Below, piece after piece: positions 19,349 to 31,100 of a stretch of 64,000 nucleotides of DNA (position 1 is the first letter of the stretch; every line of letters begins with the position of its first letter). Position numbers and translations under genes: made by a program. This DNA is from a virus. Under the pieces are notes generated by a model. It made no database searches. It was given only the letters and a program-made list of their open reading frames with translations, and was not told the origin of the DNA. The DNA lies in IMG/VR virus record IMGVR_UViG_3300008952_000019, positions 27,449-91,448 of that record. One strand, written 5' to 3'.

Positions 19349-22300
19349 TTACGTATAAGATGTGTTAGATCTTCTCCTTGCTTTAAAATAATGATATGTT
19401 CTTGTACCGTTTCCATGTGGTACAGTATGAAATGTTGAACTTGTACCAGGTATAACTCCATTTTCTGCTTCGAATTCGTATTCTACATTATTAATTAAAA
19501 AAGGAGATGTGTACGTAAGTGTCATTAATGGGTATATGGTTTGCATATTTATAGTAACTATTGTTCCTGTAGGATTCAAATGGACTATACTTGCAGGCAG
19601 ACTTGTGTCTCCATAAACATTTTGAGTTAAAATTTCTCCTATATTTGTTACAGATGAGTTATGGATTATGTTACCGTTGCCGTCTACTGGAAATGCTCCT
19701 CGATGTATTGCAAACCACCATACACTACTATCACCGGCAATCCCATCAGAGCCCCAACCCGACCATGCTCCCCAGGCAGTATTTACATATGTGTCATCAT
19801 ATTGTGTACCTATAACTTTTGATCCTGTGTCGTTAAAAGTTATTTGGTTTATATTTGTATTTGCTCCACTATTACCTTTTATAATATATCCTGCTATACC
19901 GGCGGCTCCTCCTAAGGCTCCGCCCGAACCGGCAGTTCCGGCATTACCTGGAAATCCAATATATCCTCCGTCGCCGCCGTTTCCTGCCTGATCATTACCG
20001 TTACTTGTATTATCATTTCCATCTGTTCCAATGGTACCGTTTGTTAATGCAACATTATGGCCCATACCTGTTCCACCATTACCACCTGTACCTGCATTAA
20101 CTGTTGTTGCTGGTCTTCTTCTTATGGCATATCTAGTAATAGATCTATATGGATCCCATACATCCCATCCACTACCTGCACTATAACTATTACTATTGCT
20201 AGTATCGACATCATATTGATATTGCGATTCAGTAAAACCATAAAATTCTCCTGTTCCATTACCTGAAGTTCCATAGGCAGAATTATCTGTAGTACCTGCA
20301 TAATAATTACTTCTGCCATCCCAACCTTTACTACCATCTTGTGATATAGACTGATCACATATAGCATTCCAAAATGCAGCATTATCAGATTGAAATTGTG
20401 AATTCATATATTGTGTAAGATAACCATATGTACTACCATTCCATCTAATAAACCCATCTATTGTTTGCAAATTTCCATAATGTCCTGTGGTAAAATTATT
20501 AATACTATAAGTAAATCCATAGTTGGTTGAAGTATCAGATGCATTTGATTCTGATGAGATATTCCATCCAGACCATGTTCCCCAGCCTGCTGTATCATTG
20601 CCGGCGCCGCCGCCTCCGCCGCCTCCGCCGCCGCCTTTAATTACGCCATTTGAAAGGTTATTAACAGTTAATGTAGAACCTTCTAATATAGAATAATTAA
20701 AATATATTCCAGTTCCTCCTGCTCCTCCTTGGTCACCTGGTTGTCCCTGATATGTTGATCCTGCTCCGTTTGCTCCTGCGGCACCATAAATATTTCCACT
20801 ATTGTTTATTGTTATAGTAGTTCCTTTTTCCCAATTATAAACTGCAAGATCTTGTCCTGTTATTATTGCAGGATTAGCCGGGTCATTTGAATAAACATTA
20901 ACACCTTGATCTATATCTACTGTAAGATATCCTTGTTTAGAAAGATCCCATCCTGCAGATATCGCTTCTGTTTGTAAATTATAATTTTGAACATCAGTTG
21001 AAATAGTTAAGGTTAATTGTTGTTCTGGTCCGGTTGTAATATTCACTGTTTTGTATAAACTAAAAGATGAATTAACATTATCTACTGATCGTATTTTATA
21101 AGTGAATGTATCACCATACCATGCAGTAAAATCTTGATATAACAATACTTCTGAAGTTGTAGTCGATCCATTTAACATATGAGTAGTTCCATCATGTGTT
21201 GTGATTTCATAATTAGTTACAAATGGTACTGATGACCAATCTAATCGTACACCTAAAATAGTATTGCCTACTCCGTCGGTTGTAGTAAATTCAGTTGCTG
21301 TAAAAGTTGCTGGTTGTTGTAAACTAAAATTAGTCGAAAATTGATGTTCAAAATATGTTATCATTCCTTCTGCACCTTGATCATTAGTTGCAGAAATACC
21401 AAAATATACATAATCGCCAGGATTACCTGAAATTTCAACTGACATTGGAGTATCTTCGCCTCCAGGATCTGTAATAGTTTGATTGACAGTTGTTGGATTT
21501 ATTGTAACATCTTTATATAAAGTATAATAGTCAACAGCTTCGCCTATATATGCTTGTGTCCAAGAAATAATTATATAGTGACCTCTATCAGATACTGAAT
21601 GTGCTAAAGCTGATGGTGTAAACGGATCTGGTTCGGGCGGAATTTCATATCTAATAATTACTGTACCAGAACCTCCGGCGCCACCATGTTGTGTATTATC
21701 ACCTGAGTAATTTGTATATCCAGTAACTAATTGTCGACCTGGTTCAGAAGATGCTCCTCCGCCTCCACTACCACTTCCGTCTCTTCCTGCTCCTGGTGTT
21801 TGACGATAGGCAGCTCCCCATATAGTTATTGCATTACCTACAGAGCCTCCATGACCGCCTCCATATGTTACAGTTTCGGTTCCTTCAGAACCATCACCTC
21901 CCCAAGCATGTACTGTTCCTGGCCATGCAATATGTGGATAACTATTATGACCCCATCTCCAAGGAGCCAAAGCTCCACTAGAACCACCGCCGCCTCCGCC
22001 ATAATATCTAGTAACCCCATCTCTGTATGTGTTAGTAAGACCAGGTCCTCCACTACCTCCGTGACCTGCATGTCCGTTATACGGAGCTCCGACAACAGAT
22101 GGAAGTGACCAATATCCTTGTGTTCCTGCACCACCGATGCCTCCACCTCCTCCGGCTGCTTCTGCTTCATGTCTTATTTTTAAATATGTAGTATAAACAT
22201 TAGATGTATACCATTTTACTGGAATTCCTTGGGCTCCATCAAAACCTGTTCCGTAACCCATAGTACTATTTTGAATAGAGTTACCTGGTTCTCCGCGCCA

Positions 22301-25300
22301 CGGAGGCCAAAGCCACCAATTATTTAATATATAACTCTGTAAATTTGCAGCTCCGTACGCATCAGTTTCGTTCCAACTACCTCCAGCAGTATATGTTTTT
22401 CTACCTCCGCCGGCCCCTCCGCCGCCGCAACCGCCATGTTGGCCATCTGCCATTACATAAGTAAAACCATCTCCTGCGGTTTTATTTCCTTGATTAGATT
22501 TATATTGTATATATGGCTGAGCATGTTCATGTTGAGATCCTGTACCAGCAGGAGTGCTAATATGATCGTAAAACATATTACCACCGCCTCCACCGCCCAT
22601 AGCAGTAAGCAATGTGCCTAATTTAGTATCTCCACCTCTTTGAGGATCTTGCGGAAATCTATTATGTTCTCGAAAACTAGAATATAGTGTATCATTTTCA
22701 TCTAAATTTGGATTTGCTCCTGCACCACCTGTACCAACTGTTACAGGAATATTAGCAGCAGACATTGAATAACTAGTTTCATGAACTAGTCCTCCGGCGC
22801 CTCCGCCGCCCCCACGAGCAATACCACCTCCACCTCCACCTCCGACCATAAAAACGTCAGCCGTTATATTAAAAGGTAATACAAATGTACCGTCAGATGT
22901 AAATGTGTGACCATAATACGACTGTCCATTTACAACATATAATATTTCATGATTACCTCCTCTAGGTCTAACTAAAGCAGGTTCCGATAACCCTGACCAA
23001 TTCGATGTTCCTATTATATTTCTTGATCTAATTTTAAAAAAATACCATGCCATGTCATCGAATAAATTTGCAGGAATAGTATCTGTATATTGTCCTGTTA
23101 TTCTAATAATTTTAGATCCAACCATATAAGCAGATTTTGAAAATTCTATTTCATATTCTTCTGCACCACTAACAGGAGTCCATGTAGCAACCATGGCTCC
23201 TGCATATATATCACTTGCAACTAAAGTCAATCCAGTAGGAGTTGCAGGTGTTCTTCCTGTAGGTTTAGCATATCGAATTACAAGAGTACCGGATGCTCCA
23301 CTTGCAGCCGAGCAAGGAAAATATCCACCGCCACCGCCGTCGCCTGGGCCTGCTCCAGCAGTTGCATTAGAACAATAAGGTGAGGAATGCCACCTTTCGG
23401 GTAAATCTCTTCCACCTCGACCATGTCCTGCTTGGCCATCTCCTAATCCTGCCCATGTCGAATCATGAAAATATGTGTAACCTCCAACTGTTACGTCATC
23501 ATATATCAATAATCCTCCCGTTCCGCCACCTCCATGAGCATAATTTTTATCAAGCCCAGTAGCATAATCATTTATTCCGGGAGGTCCTCCGTCACCACCA
23601 TGATATTCGTCATAATATGTAGGTGATCCATTAATGTAAGGATCTCCATTTACTGCATTATCTGTAATGTACGCATCTTCACCTGCTCCCCCTGCTCCAC
23701 CACCACCGCCTCCAGAATTTGGGAAATATCCTTTTCCTCCTGAATAGCCTGGTCCGTAGTTATAAGTAGAAAATTGTGTTGAAATTCCACCGCTCCCCAT
23801 TGTTACATTAGTCGGATATGTATCTGTCTGAGGAGTATTTCCATAATAAGGGGCTCCTGCCCCACCTCCTCCTTGACCTCCTGGCCTACCATCCCATTCT
23901 GCTGAATGGCTTCCTTGAGCATTGTCGGTTGTTCCACCTCCGCCTCCACCTAATACTTCATATGATATTTGCATAGAAGTTGTTCCACCGGAAGTATATG
24001 CAGTAAAAGACGTACCATCTACAGGAAAATAAAAATTATCATCTGTATATAATTCTAATCGATTAGGAATTGTTTTTGTTAACGTGCCGCCGGAAGTATA
24101 TGCAGTAAAAGACGTACCATCTAATGCAGTTGTCAATCCTACATCTGTATATAAATCTATTGTATTTGCATCTATTTTTTTGACATAATATGTGTTATCA
24201 TTTAATTCTGTAGTGCCAACAACACCTGTTATAACTATAGGATCTGCATCAACAAAAGGATGAGCATTAACGGTTAATTGAACGCTTGGTGTTAATTGAA
24301 CTACTGCATCTATAGTATCTGTTGTAACAACTTGTGCTACATTTTTTACATAATAAGAATTATTGTTTAATTCTGTTGTTCCAACTACGTTAGTAATTGT
24401 TAAATGATTTCCATCATAATAATTTTTAGTACTAACATTATCATGATTTTGCATTTTTAATTGGATAACAGGAGTTAATTGATGAATACCAGTAATAGTA
24501 TCTGTTACTAAAGGTCCTTCTATTTTTGTTATTCCTCCATCATTTCCTTGCGTTGTGTTACCTGTATTAGTATCAGAAGTTCCACTTGTTCCGCCTTGAC
24601 CAATTGTAATAGAATAAGTTCCTGGGTTTAATCTAACGCCTGTTATTTCGGCATAACCTCCGCCTCCACCGCCGCCGCCAAATCCAGCTCCTCCTCCGCC
24701 TCCACCAACAAGAAGCATATCAACATTCCATGAATTATCTAGTGTAAACGTATTAGTAATATTTGGATCATATACAAATGTGTGTCCGTGCCATACTATA
24801 TCATTTTTAGTATATTCAACCTCTTGACCACCTGTAAAGTTAAATCCATGACTACTAACGACACTTGACTCTATAGAATCTCCTATAGAATTTACCGCAG
24901 TAACTTTATACCAATAAGGTATCCAATTAGTTACTACATGATCATAAAACACATCTGTTATACCTGCTACTATTATAGGATTATTAGCAAATAACGAATC
25001 AGTACCTATAGTTACTTTATATGTTACAGCTCCGTCTGATTCATTCCAAAATAATCTAATATTACCGTTTGTATTTGTAGTTTGTAAATTAGTAGGCTGA
25101 AACGGAACTCCCGAAACAGAGGTTATTAGCGTATTTTCATCTGTGTTTATAGTATAATCTATTCCTGATTGTTTAGTATACGCAATACCTGCAGGACCAG
25201 GTTCTGACCAGCCACTATAATTATAACCTGTCCCACCTTGTTGTCCTATTGCTCCGCCTGCACCAGCAGAAATACCTCCAAATCCAGACCAATAACCTGC

Positions 25301-26866
25301 AGCTCCTGGTGCATCTCTTGTTGCAGTTCCTCCCCACCAAGGTCCTAATCCGCCTATTTGTCCATATGCACCTGCACTACCCCAGGATCCATCTGATTCT
25401 GGATACCATGTACCTGATGTAAATAACGGAGGATGCCATCCTGAGGACAGCTCACCTGTCCAATAAAAATTAGGATTAGGAGTTGAAGTTGAATGAGGCA
25501 TAACACCATCGCCATTAGCAGATAATCCAAAAGGTTGTCCACCTCCACCAAATATACCATTATTATTCCATAGAGCTCCTGAAGTTGCAGCACCACCGCC
25601 ACCGCCACCTTTTACTTTATGTTGCCCTTCTACTGTTATGTTAGAAGATCCTAAGAATATTGCACTTCCGCCACTCTGACCTATATGTCCTGGACCAAAA
25701 TATCCATTAGAACTTTTATTTGCACCTCTATCAAACCTAGATAATTCTTTTTTCCAACCAACATAATTTCCAAAATAAGCATACAACCCGCCAGTTACAG
25801 GTTCATTGGGATTATTTAAAAAATCCCATTCTCTTGTATCATAAGGACTTGTATTCCAATTAGGACCATATCCTTGAGGTGGACCAGAATCATGTATAGG
25901 TACTGCTCCCGCACCTCCATGGCCCCATACGTGTCCTCTAATTGTAATTTTAGTAGATGATCCTCCGGGCAACGAACCTACAGTTATAGCGTATTTGTCA
26001 ACACTAGGTGCAATAATATATGTATCTTCCGCAACAACAACTTTAGCATTAACCTTTGTTAGTCCGTCCCAGCCATACGTTGTCATTTTTGCATTTAAAT
26101 CATAACCTGTTAATAAATCTTGAGTAATAATATCTGTAAAATTAAATACACCATCAATAACTGTACCAGTAGTAGATGGTGACCTATCAATTTCCATTGC
26201 AGTTATAATAATTTGAGAATTTTCTGCAATGCCTATTTCATTTGAATCTCCTGCCGAAGTTGTTCCACATATACCATGTAAATGATATTTAGGTGTAAGA
26301 GAAAGAGATTGCTTATCTAATAAAGATATTGTTAAAGGAGGATATCTATGTGTGGTTTCTTTATTTGCAGGAACATCAACAAAACCTATCGGAATACCTG
26401 GCGAATGTTGGGTGCTTGAATTACTTCCTGCATCAGTATATACTGTATTAGACATCATGTCTTGTTCTAATCTATATATTTCTTGGACTTGGGCTCCTTC
26501 AGTCACAAAAAAACGACCACTAGCTCCGCCGGTAGATCCTGATACATTTAAAGCATTAATAACAGGAACAAAAGTGATATGAACTAAAACATAATTATTA
26601 ATATTTGATAAGGTTATTAATCCAGTAGATGTACGAAATAATTCGTCTGGAATACCCGGAACAGGAGTACCTGCCGATTGGTCTCTTTTAGTAGTAATTT
26701 TAACATCAACGTCTATTACTTCTATTTTTGTTTGGATTATTTGATTAAGATGAGAATGATCTGTCCATGAAAAGTTTTCTCCTAACGCCCAGCCAATATA
26801 ATTTGCGTCAGCAACAACATTTCCTTGAGAATCAAGAATTTTATCTGTTTTAAGAATACTAGACAT
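19349..26866 (-). CDS. Giant glycine-rich multi-adhesin fibre protein (FN3, gp38-like, Gly-rich and E1-FCCH-like domains)
   Basis: 2505 aa; FN3-like P.TPTGLT...TWTPVSGAEEYEIE...IRSRN..G.S; two VGGGGGG...SG...(I/V)RY domains; two gp38-like blocks; nested GTTELN repeats. Confidence 0.7.
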   Translation of the reverse strand: MSSILKTDKILDSQGNVVADANYIGWALGENFSWTDHSHLNQIIQTKIEVIDVDVKITTKRDQSAGTPVPGIPDELFRTSTGLITLSNINNYVLVHITFVPVINALNVSGSTGGASGRFFVTEGAQVQEIYRLEQDMMSNTVYTDAGSNSSTQHSPGIPIGFVDVPANKETTHRYPPLTISLLDKQSLSLTPKYHLHGICGTTSAGDSNEIGIAENSQIIITAMEIDRSPSTTGTVIDGVFNFTDIITQDLLTGYDLNAKMTTYGWDGLTKVNAKVVVAEDTYIIAPSVDKYAITVGSLPGGSSTKITIRGHVWGHGGAGAVPIHDSGPPQGYGPNWNTSPYDTREWDFLNNPNEPVTGGLYAYFGNYVGWKKELSRFDRGANKSSNGYFGPGHIGQSGGSAIFLGSSNITVEGQHKVKGGGGGGAATSGALWNNNGIFGGGGQPFGLSANGDGVMPHSTSTPNPNFYWTGELSSGWHPPLFTSGTWYPESDGSWGSAGAYGQIGGLGPWWGGTATRDAPGAAGYWSGFGGISAGAGGAIGQQGGTGYNYSGWSEPGPAGIAYTKQSGIDYTINTDENTLITSVSGVPFQPTNLQTTNTNGNIRLFWNESDGAVTYKVTIGTDSLFANNPIIVAGITDVFYDHVVTNWIPYWYKVTAVNSIGDSIESSVVSSHGFNFTGGQEVEYTKNDIVWHGHTFVYDPNITNTFTLDNSWNVDMLLVGGGGGGAGFGGGGGGGGYAEITGVRLNPGTYSITIGQGGTSGTSDTNTGNTTQGNDGGITKIEGPLVTDTITGIHQLTPVIQLKMQNHDNVSTKNYYDGNHLTITNVVGTTELNNNSYYVKNVAQVVTTDTIDAVVQLTPSVQLTVNAHPFVDADPIVITGVVGTTELNDNTYYVKKIDANTIDLYTDVGLTTALDGTSFTAYTSGGTLTKTIPNRLELYTDDNFYFPVDGTSFTAYTSGGTTSMQISYEVLGGGGGGTTDNAQGSHSAEWDGRPGGQGGGGAGAPYYGNTPQTDTYPTNVTMGSGGISTQFSTYNYGPGYSGGKGYFPNSGGGGGGAGGAGEDAYITDNAVNGDPYINGSPTYYDEYHGGDGGPPGINDYATGLDKNYAHGGGGTGGLLIYDDVTVGGYTYFHDSTWAGLGDGQAGHGRGGRDLPERWHSSPYCSNATAGAGPGDGGGGGYFPCSAASGASGTLVIRYAKPTGRTPATPTGLTLVASDIYAGAMVATWTPVSGAEEYEIEFSKSAYMVGSKIIRITGQYTDTIPANLFDDMAWYFFKIRSRNIIGTSNWSGLSEPALVRPRGGNHEILYVVNGQSYYGHTFTSDGTFVLPFNITADVFMVGGGGGGGIARGGGGGAGGLVHETSYSMSAANIPVTVGTGGAGANPNLDENDTLYSSFREHNRFPQDPQRGGDTKLGTLLTAMGGGGGGNMFYDHISTPAGTGSQHEHAQPYIQYKSNQGNKTAGDGFTYVMADGQHGGCGGGGAGGGRKTYTAGGSWNETDAYGAANLQSYILNNWWLWPPWRGEPGNSIQNSTMGYGTGFDGAQGIPVKWYTSNVYTTYLKIRHEAEAAGGGGGIGGAGTQGYWSLPSVVGAPYNGHAGHGGSGGPGLTNTYRDGVTRYYGGGGGGSSGALAPWRWGHNSYPHIAWPGTVHAWGGDGSEGTETVTYGGGHGGSVGNAITIWGAAYRQTPGAGRDGSGSGGGGASSEPGRQLVTGYTNYSGDNTQHGGAGGSGTVIIRYEIPPEPDPFTPSALAHSVSDRGHYIIISWTQAYIGEAVDYYTLYKDVTINPTTVNQTITDPGGEDTPMSVEISGNPGDYVYFGISATNDQGAEGMITYFEHQFSTNFSLQQPATFTATEFTTTDGVGNTILGVRLDWSSVPFVTNYEITTHDGTTHMLNGSTTTSEVLLYQDFTAWYGDTFTYKIRSVDNVNSSFSLYKTVNITTGPEQQLTLTISTDVQNYNLQTEAISAGWDLSKQGYLTVDIDQGVNVYSNDPANPAIITGQDLAVYNWEKGTTITINNSGNIYGAAGANGAGSTYQGQPGDQGGAGGTGIYFNYSILEGSTLTVNNLSNGVIKGGGGGGGGGGAGNDTAGWGTWSGWNISSESNASDTSTNYGFTYSINNFTTGHYGNLQTIDGFIRWNGSTYGYLTQYMNSQFQSDNAAFWNAICDQSISQDGSKGWDGRSNYYAGTTDNSAYGTSGNGTGEFYGFTESQYQYDVDTSNSNSYSAGSGWDVWDPYRSITRYAIRRRPATTVNAGTGGNGGTGMGHNVALTNGTIGTDGNDNTSNGNDQAGNGGDGGYIGFPGNAGTAGSGGALGGAAGIAGYIIKGNSGANTNINQITFNDTGSKVIGTQYDDTYVNTAWGAWSGWGSDGIAGDSSVWWFAIHRGAFPVDGNGNIIHNSSVTNIGEILTQNVYGDTSLPASIVHLNPTGTIVTINMQTIYPLMTLTYTSPFLINNVEYEFEAENGVIPGTSSTFHTVPHGNGTRTYHYFKARRRSNTSYT
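23988..24123 (+). repeat. Perfect 34-bp direct repeat inside the 2505-aa gene
   Basis: ccggaagtatatgcagtaaaagacgtaccatcta at 23988-24021 and 24090-24123; encodes DGTSFTAYTSG twice. Confidence 0.9.
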
Positions 26867-26876
26867 ATTATATCCA

Positions 26877-27650
26877 TCACTGTTGTTCTACTGCTATTTC
26901 TTCTGCAGACATTAATGATATCCATGTACCACTCCAATTAGCAGAACTACTGCTAGAATGATTAACATATGTTGTATTTCCTGCTTCTGCCCAACCATGC
27001 AAGGCATATGTTCTTGTAGTTAGATTATTAGCATCTGTATAAAGAGAAAATCTCATCTGACCCATATCATTACTATCATATGCAGCTTGGGCTCTATATG
27101 CAAAATGAACTGGTCGTCTACCTGAACTTCCTGATCCTAACGGAGCAACATATGTAGTATTTGTTATATCATAAAATGCAAAATGAAATAACACATTTGT
27201 ATTAGTCCAATTTGCATTCAATTCTATTGTTAAATGAATTTTAGATGTTGCAACTAATGGTGTTATTGTTACTCTATGATGGTTACCTCCATCAGAATAT
27301 GTTCCTTCTGATAAATCGGCAGTTGTTTCTGTATCTACTGTAGGATATATTATTGTATAAAGATTTGTCCATTGTGCTACCTTTTTTTGCAATAACATAC
27401 CTGGAGCAATAATAGATCCTAAATCATAACCTTTGAATTTGTTTCCTGTAGGCATATTAATTATGCCTGTAGATGTATCTGCTTCTAAAGTTGCTAAAGA
27501 TGTTATTTTAGGGGTTGATACATCTGTAGATGCAGTTATAGAATCTGTATTTAAACCGAATCCTTGATGCAAATTCCATTTTGTTCCTGTTGAAGATAAA
27601 ACAGTATTACCTGTTAAATCTTCTATTTTATTAACTTTTAATGTACTCAT
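26877..27650 (-). CDS. Fibre-associated protein (MSTLKVNKI family)
   Basis: 257 aa; MSTLKVNKI start, PGMLLQ, VTITPLVATSKI, C-terminal SAEEIA. Confidence 0.6.
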   Translation of the reverse strand: MSTLKVNKIEDLTGNTVLSSTGTKWNLHQGFGLNTDSITASTDVSTPKITSLATLEADTSTGIINMPTGNKFKGYDLGSIIAPGMLLQKKVAQWTNLYTIIYPTVDTETTADLSEGTYSDGGNHHRVTITPLVATSKIHLTIELNANWTNTNVLFHFAFYDITNTTYVAPLGSGSSGRRPVHFAYRAQAAYDSNDMGQMRFSLYTDANNLTTRTYALHGWAEAGNTTYVNHSSSSSANWSGTWISLMSAEEIAVEQQ

Positions 27651-27874
27651 ACGATTGTCAATGTTCCGCCATTACCTACCGTTATAGTTTTATTGCTAGG
27701 TATAGTTAAAGGTCCTATCATCAACGAATTTGAATTACCAGGGGTAGATATATCTTCTGTTGCAGTTGCTATTCCTGAAACTAAAAATGGTGACATAGTT
27801 GTCATATCTGTTGTTTCGGTTTCAGAAGATACAATATTTCTATTAGTTGTTGCTAAATCTAATCCTCTACTCAT
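27647..27874 (-). CDS. Small fibre adaptor (about 75 aa) with C-terminal GPLTI domain
   Basis: Start reassigned to MSRGLDLA at 27874 (ATGA overlap); ends NSLMIGPLTIPSNKTITVGNGGTLTIV. Confidence 0.6.
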   Translation of the reverse strand: MSRGLDLATTNRNIVSSETETTDMTTMSPFLVSGIATATEDISTPGNSNSLMIGPLTIPSNKTITVGNGGTLTIV

Positions 27875-28119
27875 GATGTTACAGCTCCTGTTGTTACTTT
27901 TACCCAACTACCATTAACATAAATTTGTATTTCGTTAGAAGTAGAATTATAAATCATCATTCCGTTTGTTGCAGTTAATGCATCTCTAGTAGAATTAGGT
28001 ATTTCTGCTAATTTAATTGTGTTTGTAATTACAGTATCTGCACTAGAAATTTTAGATATAACTACATTACTTGTGCTATCTGTATGTGTAATTTCGTTTA
28101 CTAATATTTTGCTTGCCAT
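27871..28119 (-). CDS. Small fibre adaptor (82 aa)
   Basis: MASKILVNEI start; RDALTATNGMMIYNSTSNEIQIYVNGSW module also seen at the N-termini of the 1261-aa and 2037-aa proteins. Confidence 0.6.
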   Translation of the reverse strand: MASKILVNEITHTDSTSNVVISKISSADTVITNTIKLAEIPNSTRDALTATNGMMIYNSTSNEIQIYVNGSWVKVTTGAVTS

Positions 28120-31100
28120 TATATCACCGTTACTGTTCCTTCAATTGTTACTTGTTCTGACATTGTTAAAGGTCCGACTAATGCAGTATTTTTATTAGAG
28201 GCACCATACGTACTTACTGTACTTATCGTGTCATCATTTTGGTATTGATATGGAATTATTGTAAAATCACCATCAAGACTTGCGTTCATCATACCACCTG
28301 TTACGGAATTGGCACTAGGAACTAAGGCTTGTGAAACAGAGGTTTGAAGATGTTTTACTAATATTTTTTGACCATTAACTAATGCATCCGTAAAATTTAA
28401 TGTATTATTGCCTACTGTATAATCACTTACAGGAAGTATTACGTTATTTTTTATAACTAATACACTTTCTTTAGTCGGTGGTGTAGCAGACAGAGCCATG
28501 CTTGTTTCTCCACCTGCAGCAGTCATAGAATCTTCAATAAAATTTTGTACAATATTAGCAGATCTAGGTTTAAATGCCATTATTTCAACTTCATCTCCTA
28601 CATTTAAAATAAAACCCAAATCTATTTTAAAAGTATTAGCATTTAATGTGTAATCAGATCCTGATAATTTAACACCATTTAAAAATACCTCAAAATGTCC
28701 GTTTGTTAATGCCGAAGAACTATTTACTGTTGTTTCTCCTCCAGCAGCAGTATAAGTAGATTTACTATAAATCGCTAATGTCGAATCAGTCGATGTAACA
28801 GTTCTTGTTGCAATAATTTCAAAAGAATCACCATTAGTTAAAGTAACATTATTTAAAAATACACGATATGGTGCTTGTGTAGCGGTTGCAGTATAATCCG
28901 AACCTTTTAATTTGGCACCTTTGTGATAACATTCTACATAACCTGTAGCATAAGGTTCTGCAAGATCAAAATATGTTTCACTGCCTGTTGCAGTCCATTC
29001 TTGTTTGAAGTATATAACATTAGCACTTACTAATTTACCACCTTGGTTAACCATATCAATTGTATCACCTAGTCTTGCGGCAGTTGCTAATCTAATAGTT
29101 GAACCATCTAAAGAATCAAAATCGTCTTGGAGTAATTTAATACCGTTTAAAAATACATCTACGTTACCAGGAGCATATGAAAAATTAAATACATCTTTAG
29201 TAGTTTCGTTTATTACTTCTGAATACCGTGTAATAGTAGTACCAGATGCTGTATTAACCCATTTATCAGCTGAACTATTATAAATTAATGTATCTCCATC
29301 TCCTAAAGCACTTATTTCAGAATCTGACAGTTGGGCGACTGTAGTAACTGCATCTCCTAATTCAAATTGGCCTGTGTTTGCATTATATGATAAAATTTTT
29401 CCATCTGCTAAACCTGTTACTGCATCAACATTACCTAATGTGTTTAAATTTATTGGTTCTGCTTTCCATGTTGTATCACTGGCATCATATACTAATCCGT
29501 AACCCGAAAGTAATGTTCCGGTTGTGCTTACATTACCTAAATCTCCTAATGCTCCGCCTAGCGGAGTTTCTGTGTTTACTGAAGATACATAATAAGGTTT
29601 TCCTGATTTAAAATAAACTGTTCCTCCTGTTGTAGGTTGGGTCGGAGGCGTTTGTAAATCTGTTTCTAAATGTATACCTAATTGGGCAGTTAATGGAGCT
29701 CCGTGAGGAACATATAATGGTTTATTAAGTCCGTCTTGGACAATTATTGGATCAGACGATTCTGATTCTTGTTGATTAATAACAAATTTACCACTTGGGG
29801 CACTTGTACCTATACCTACTCTACCTTCGCTATAATAGATGCTACCTAAAATTGTGCCTGCCAACCATTGTGATGCAATATCTTTTAATACAAATGTTTT
29901 ATTTAAATCATCCCATACTATTGTCCATCCTTCTCTAGTACTATCTAATACACCAGTTTGAATATCAGATAATTGGTTAAAAGTTTGTGATGTTATATCT
30001 GTTAAATAACCTGCACTTGCGTGATTACCCCAACCATGGGCAGTAACTCCTAATTGTGAATTAGATAGTACCCCAGGATCGATTTCTAAAGTATCACTAG
30101 TTGTTATTATAGCATTACCAGAACTAGTTGTTATACCTGTTCCGGCAGTAATAGATGTTAACCCTGTAACCCATTGTAATGCAGATCCGTTTGTACTTAA
30201 ATATTGCCCATTAGTTCCTGTTCCTACATCTAATTCAGAAATAGTTATAGAATTTGCAGGTAGATCTAATCTACCACCATTATTAACTAATGTTACACCA
30301 TTTCCTGCACCAATTTGAGTATCTGTTCCTAAAACAATTTTTTCTACTTGTAAACCATCAGCACTAGATTTTATAGTTACAGGATTTGCGCCTCCTAATA
30401 TCATTGCAGGAGGCATAGATAATATACCATTTGATTCTGTTATTAAGTTAGAACCTAGATCTAAAGTATTAGCAAAAACAGTTCTCCATGGTAATGTTTC
30501 TGCTCCTATATTATAAGTTCCTGATACACCAGGTATAATATTTTCTCCAACAGATGTTAATGATACAGATATTGTTATTTCTTTATCGCCTGATGCATTA
30601 TCTGTTGTAATACCTATACCTGCACCTTCAATAAATTCTAATGATCTAGAACTATCCATAGATATTACAGGTTGTCCACTAACTATTATTGTTTTTAGAT
30701 AATCTGTAAAACCTACTTTTAATACACCTGTACTAGTTTCTGTTAATGTATAACCTTCTGTAACATCAAATTCTAAACTTTTAGCATTAACAAATGTTTG
30801 ATTGTTATATATAAAATCTGCAGATGCTGGTGATATCCATGTTAATCCCCCTGATGATCCTAAACCTAGTACTTGACCAGCAGTACCTGATCCTCCTCCT
30901 ATATCCATTTGAGGAATTCCTACACCGTTTGGAGCAATAGCACTTGTTGTAGAAAATGTTACTCCCATAAATCTAACTTTTACGATTGCATTGTATACAG
31001 GAGCATTTACAAATGTTAATGTTGTTCCATCAACCGAATATGCATTATCAGCACCCGGGTTTTGTACTATTCCATTTACTGTTATTAAAAGTTGATTGGC

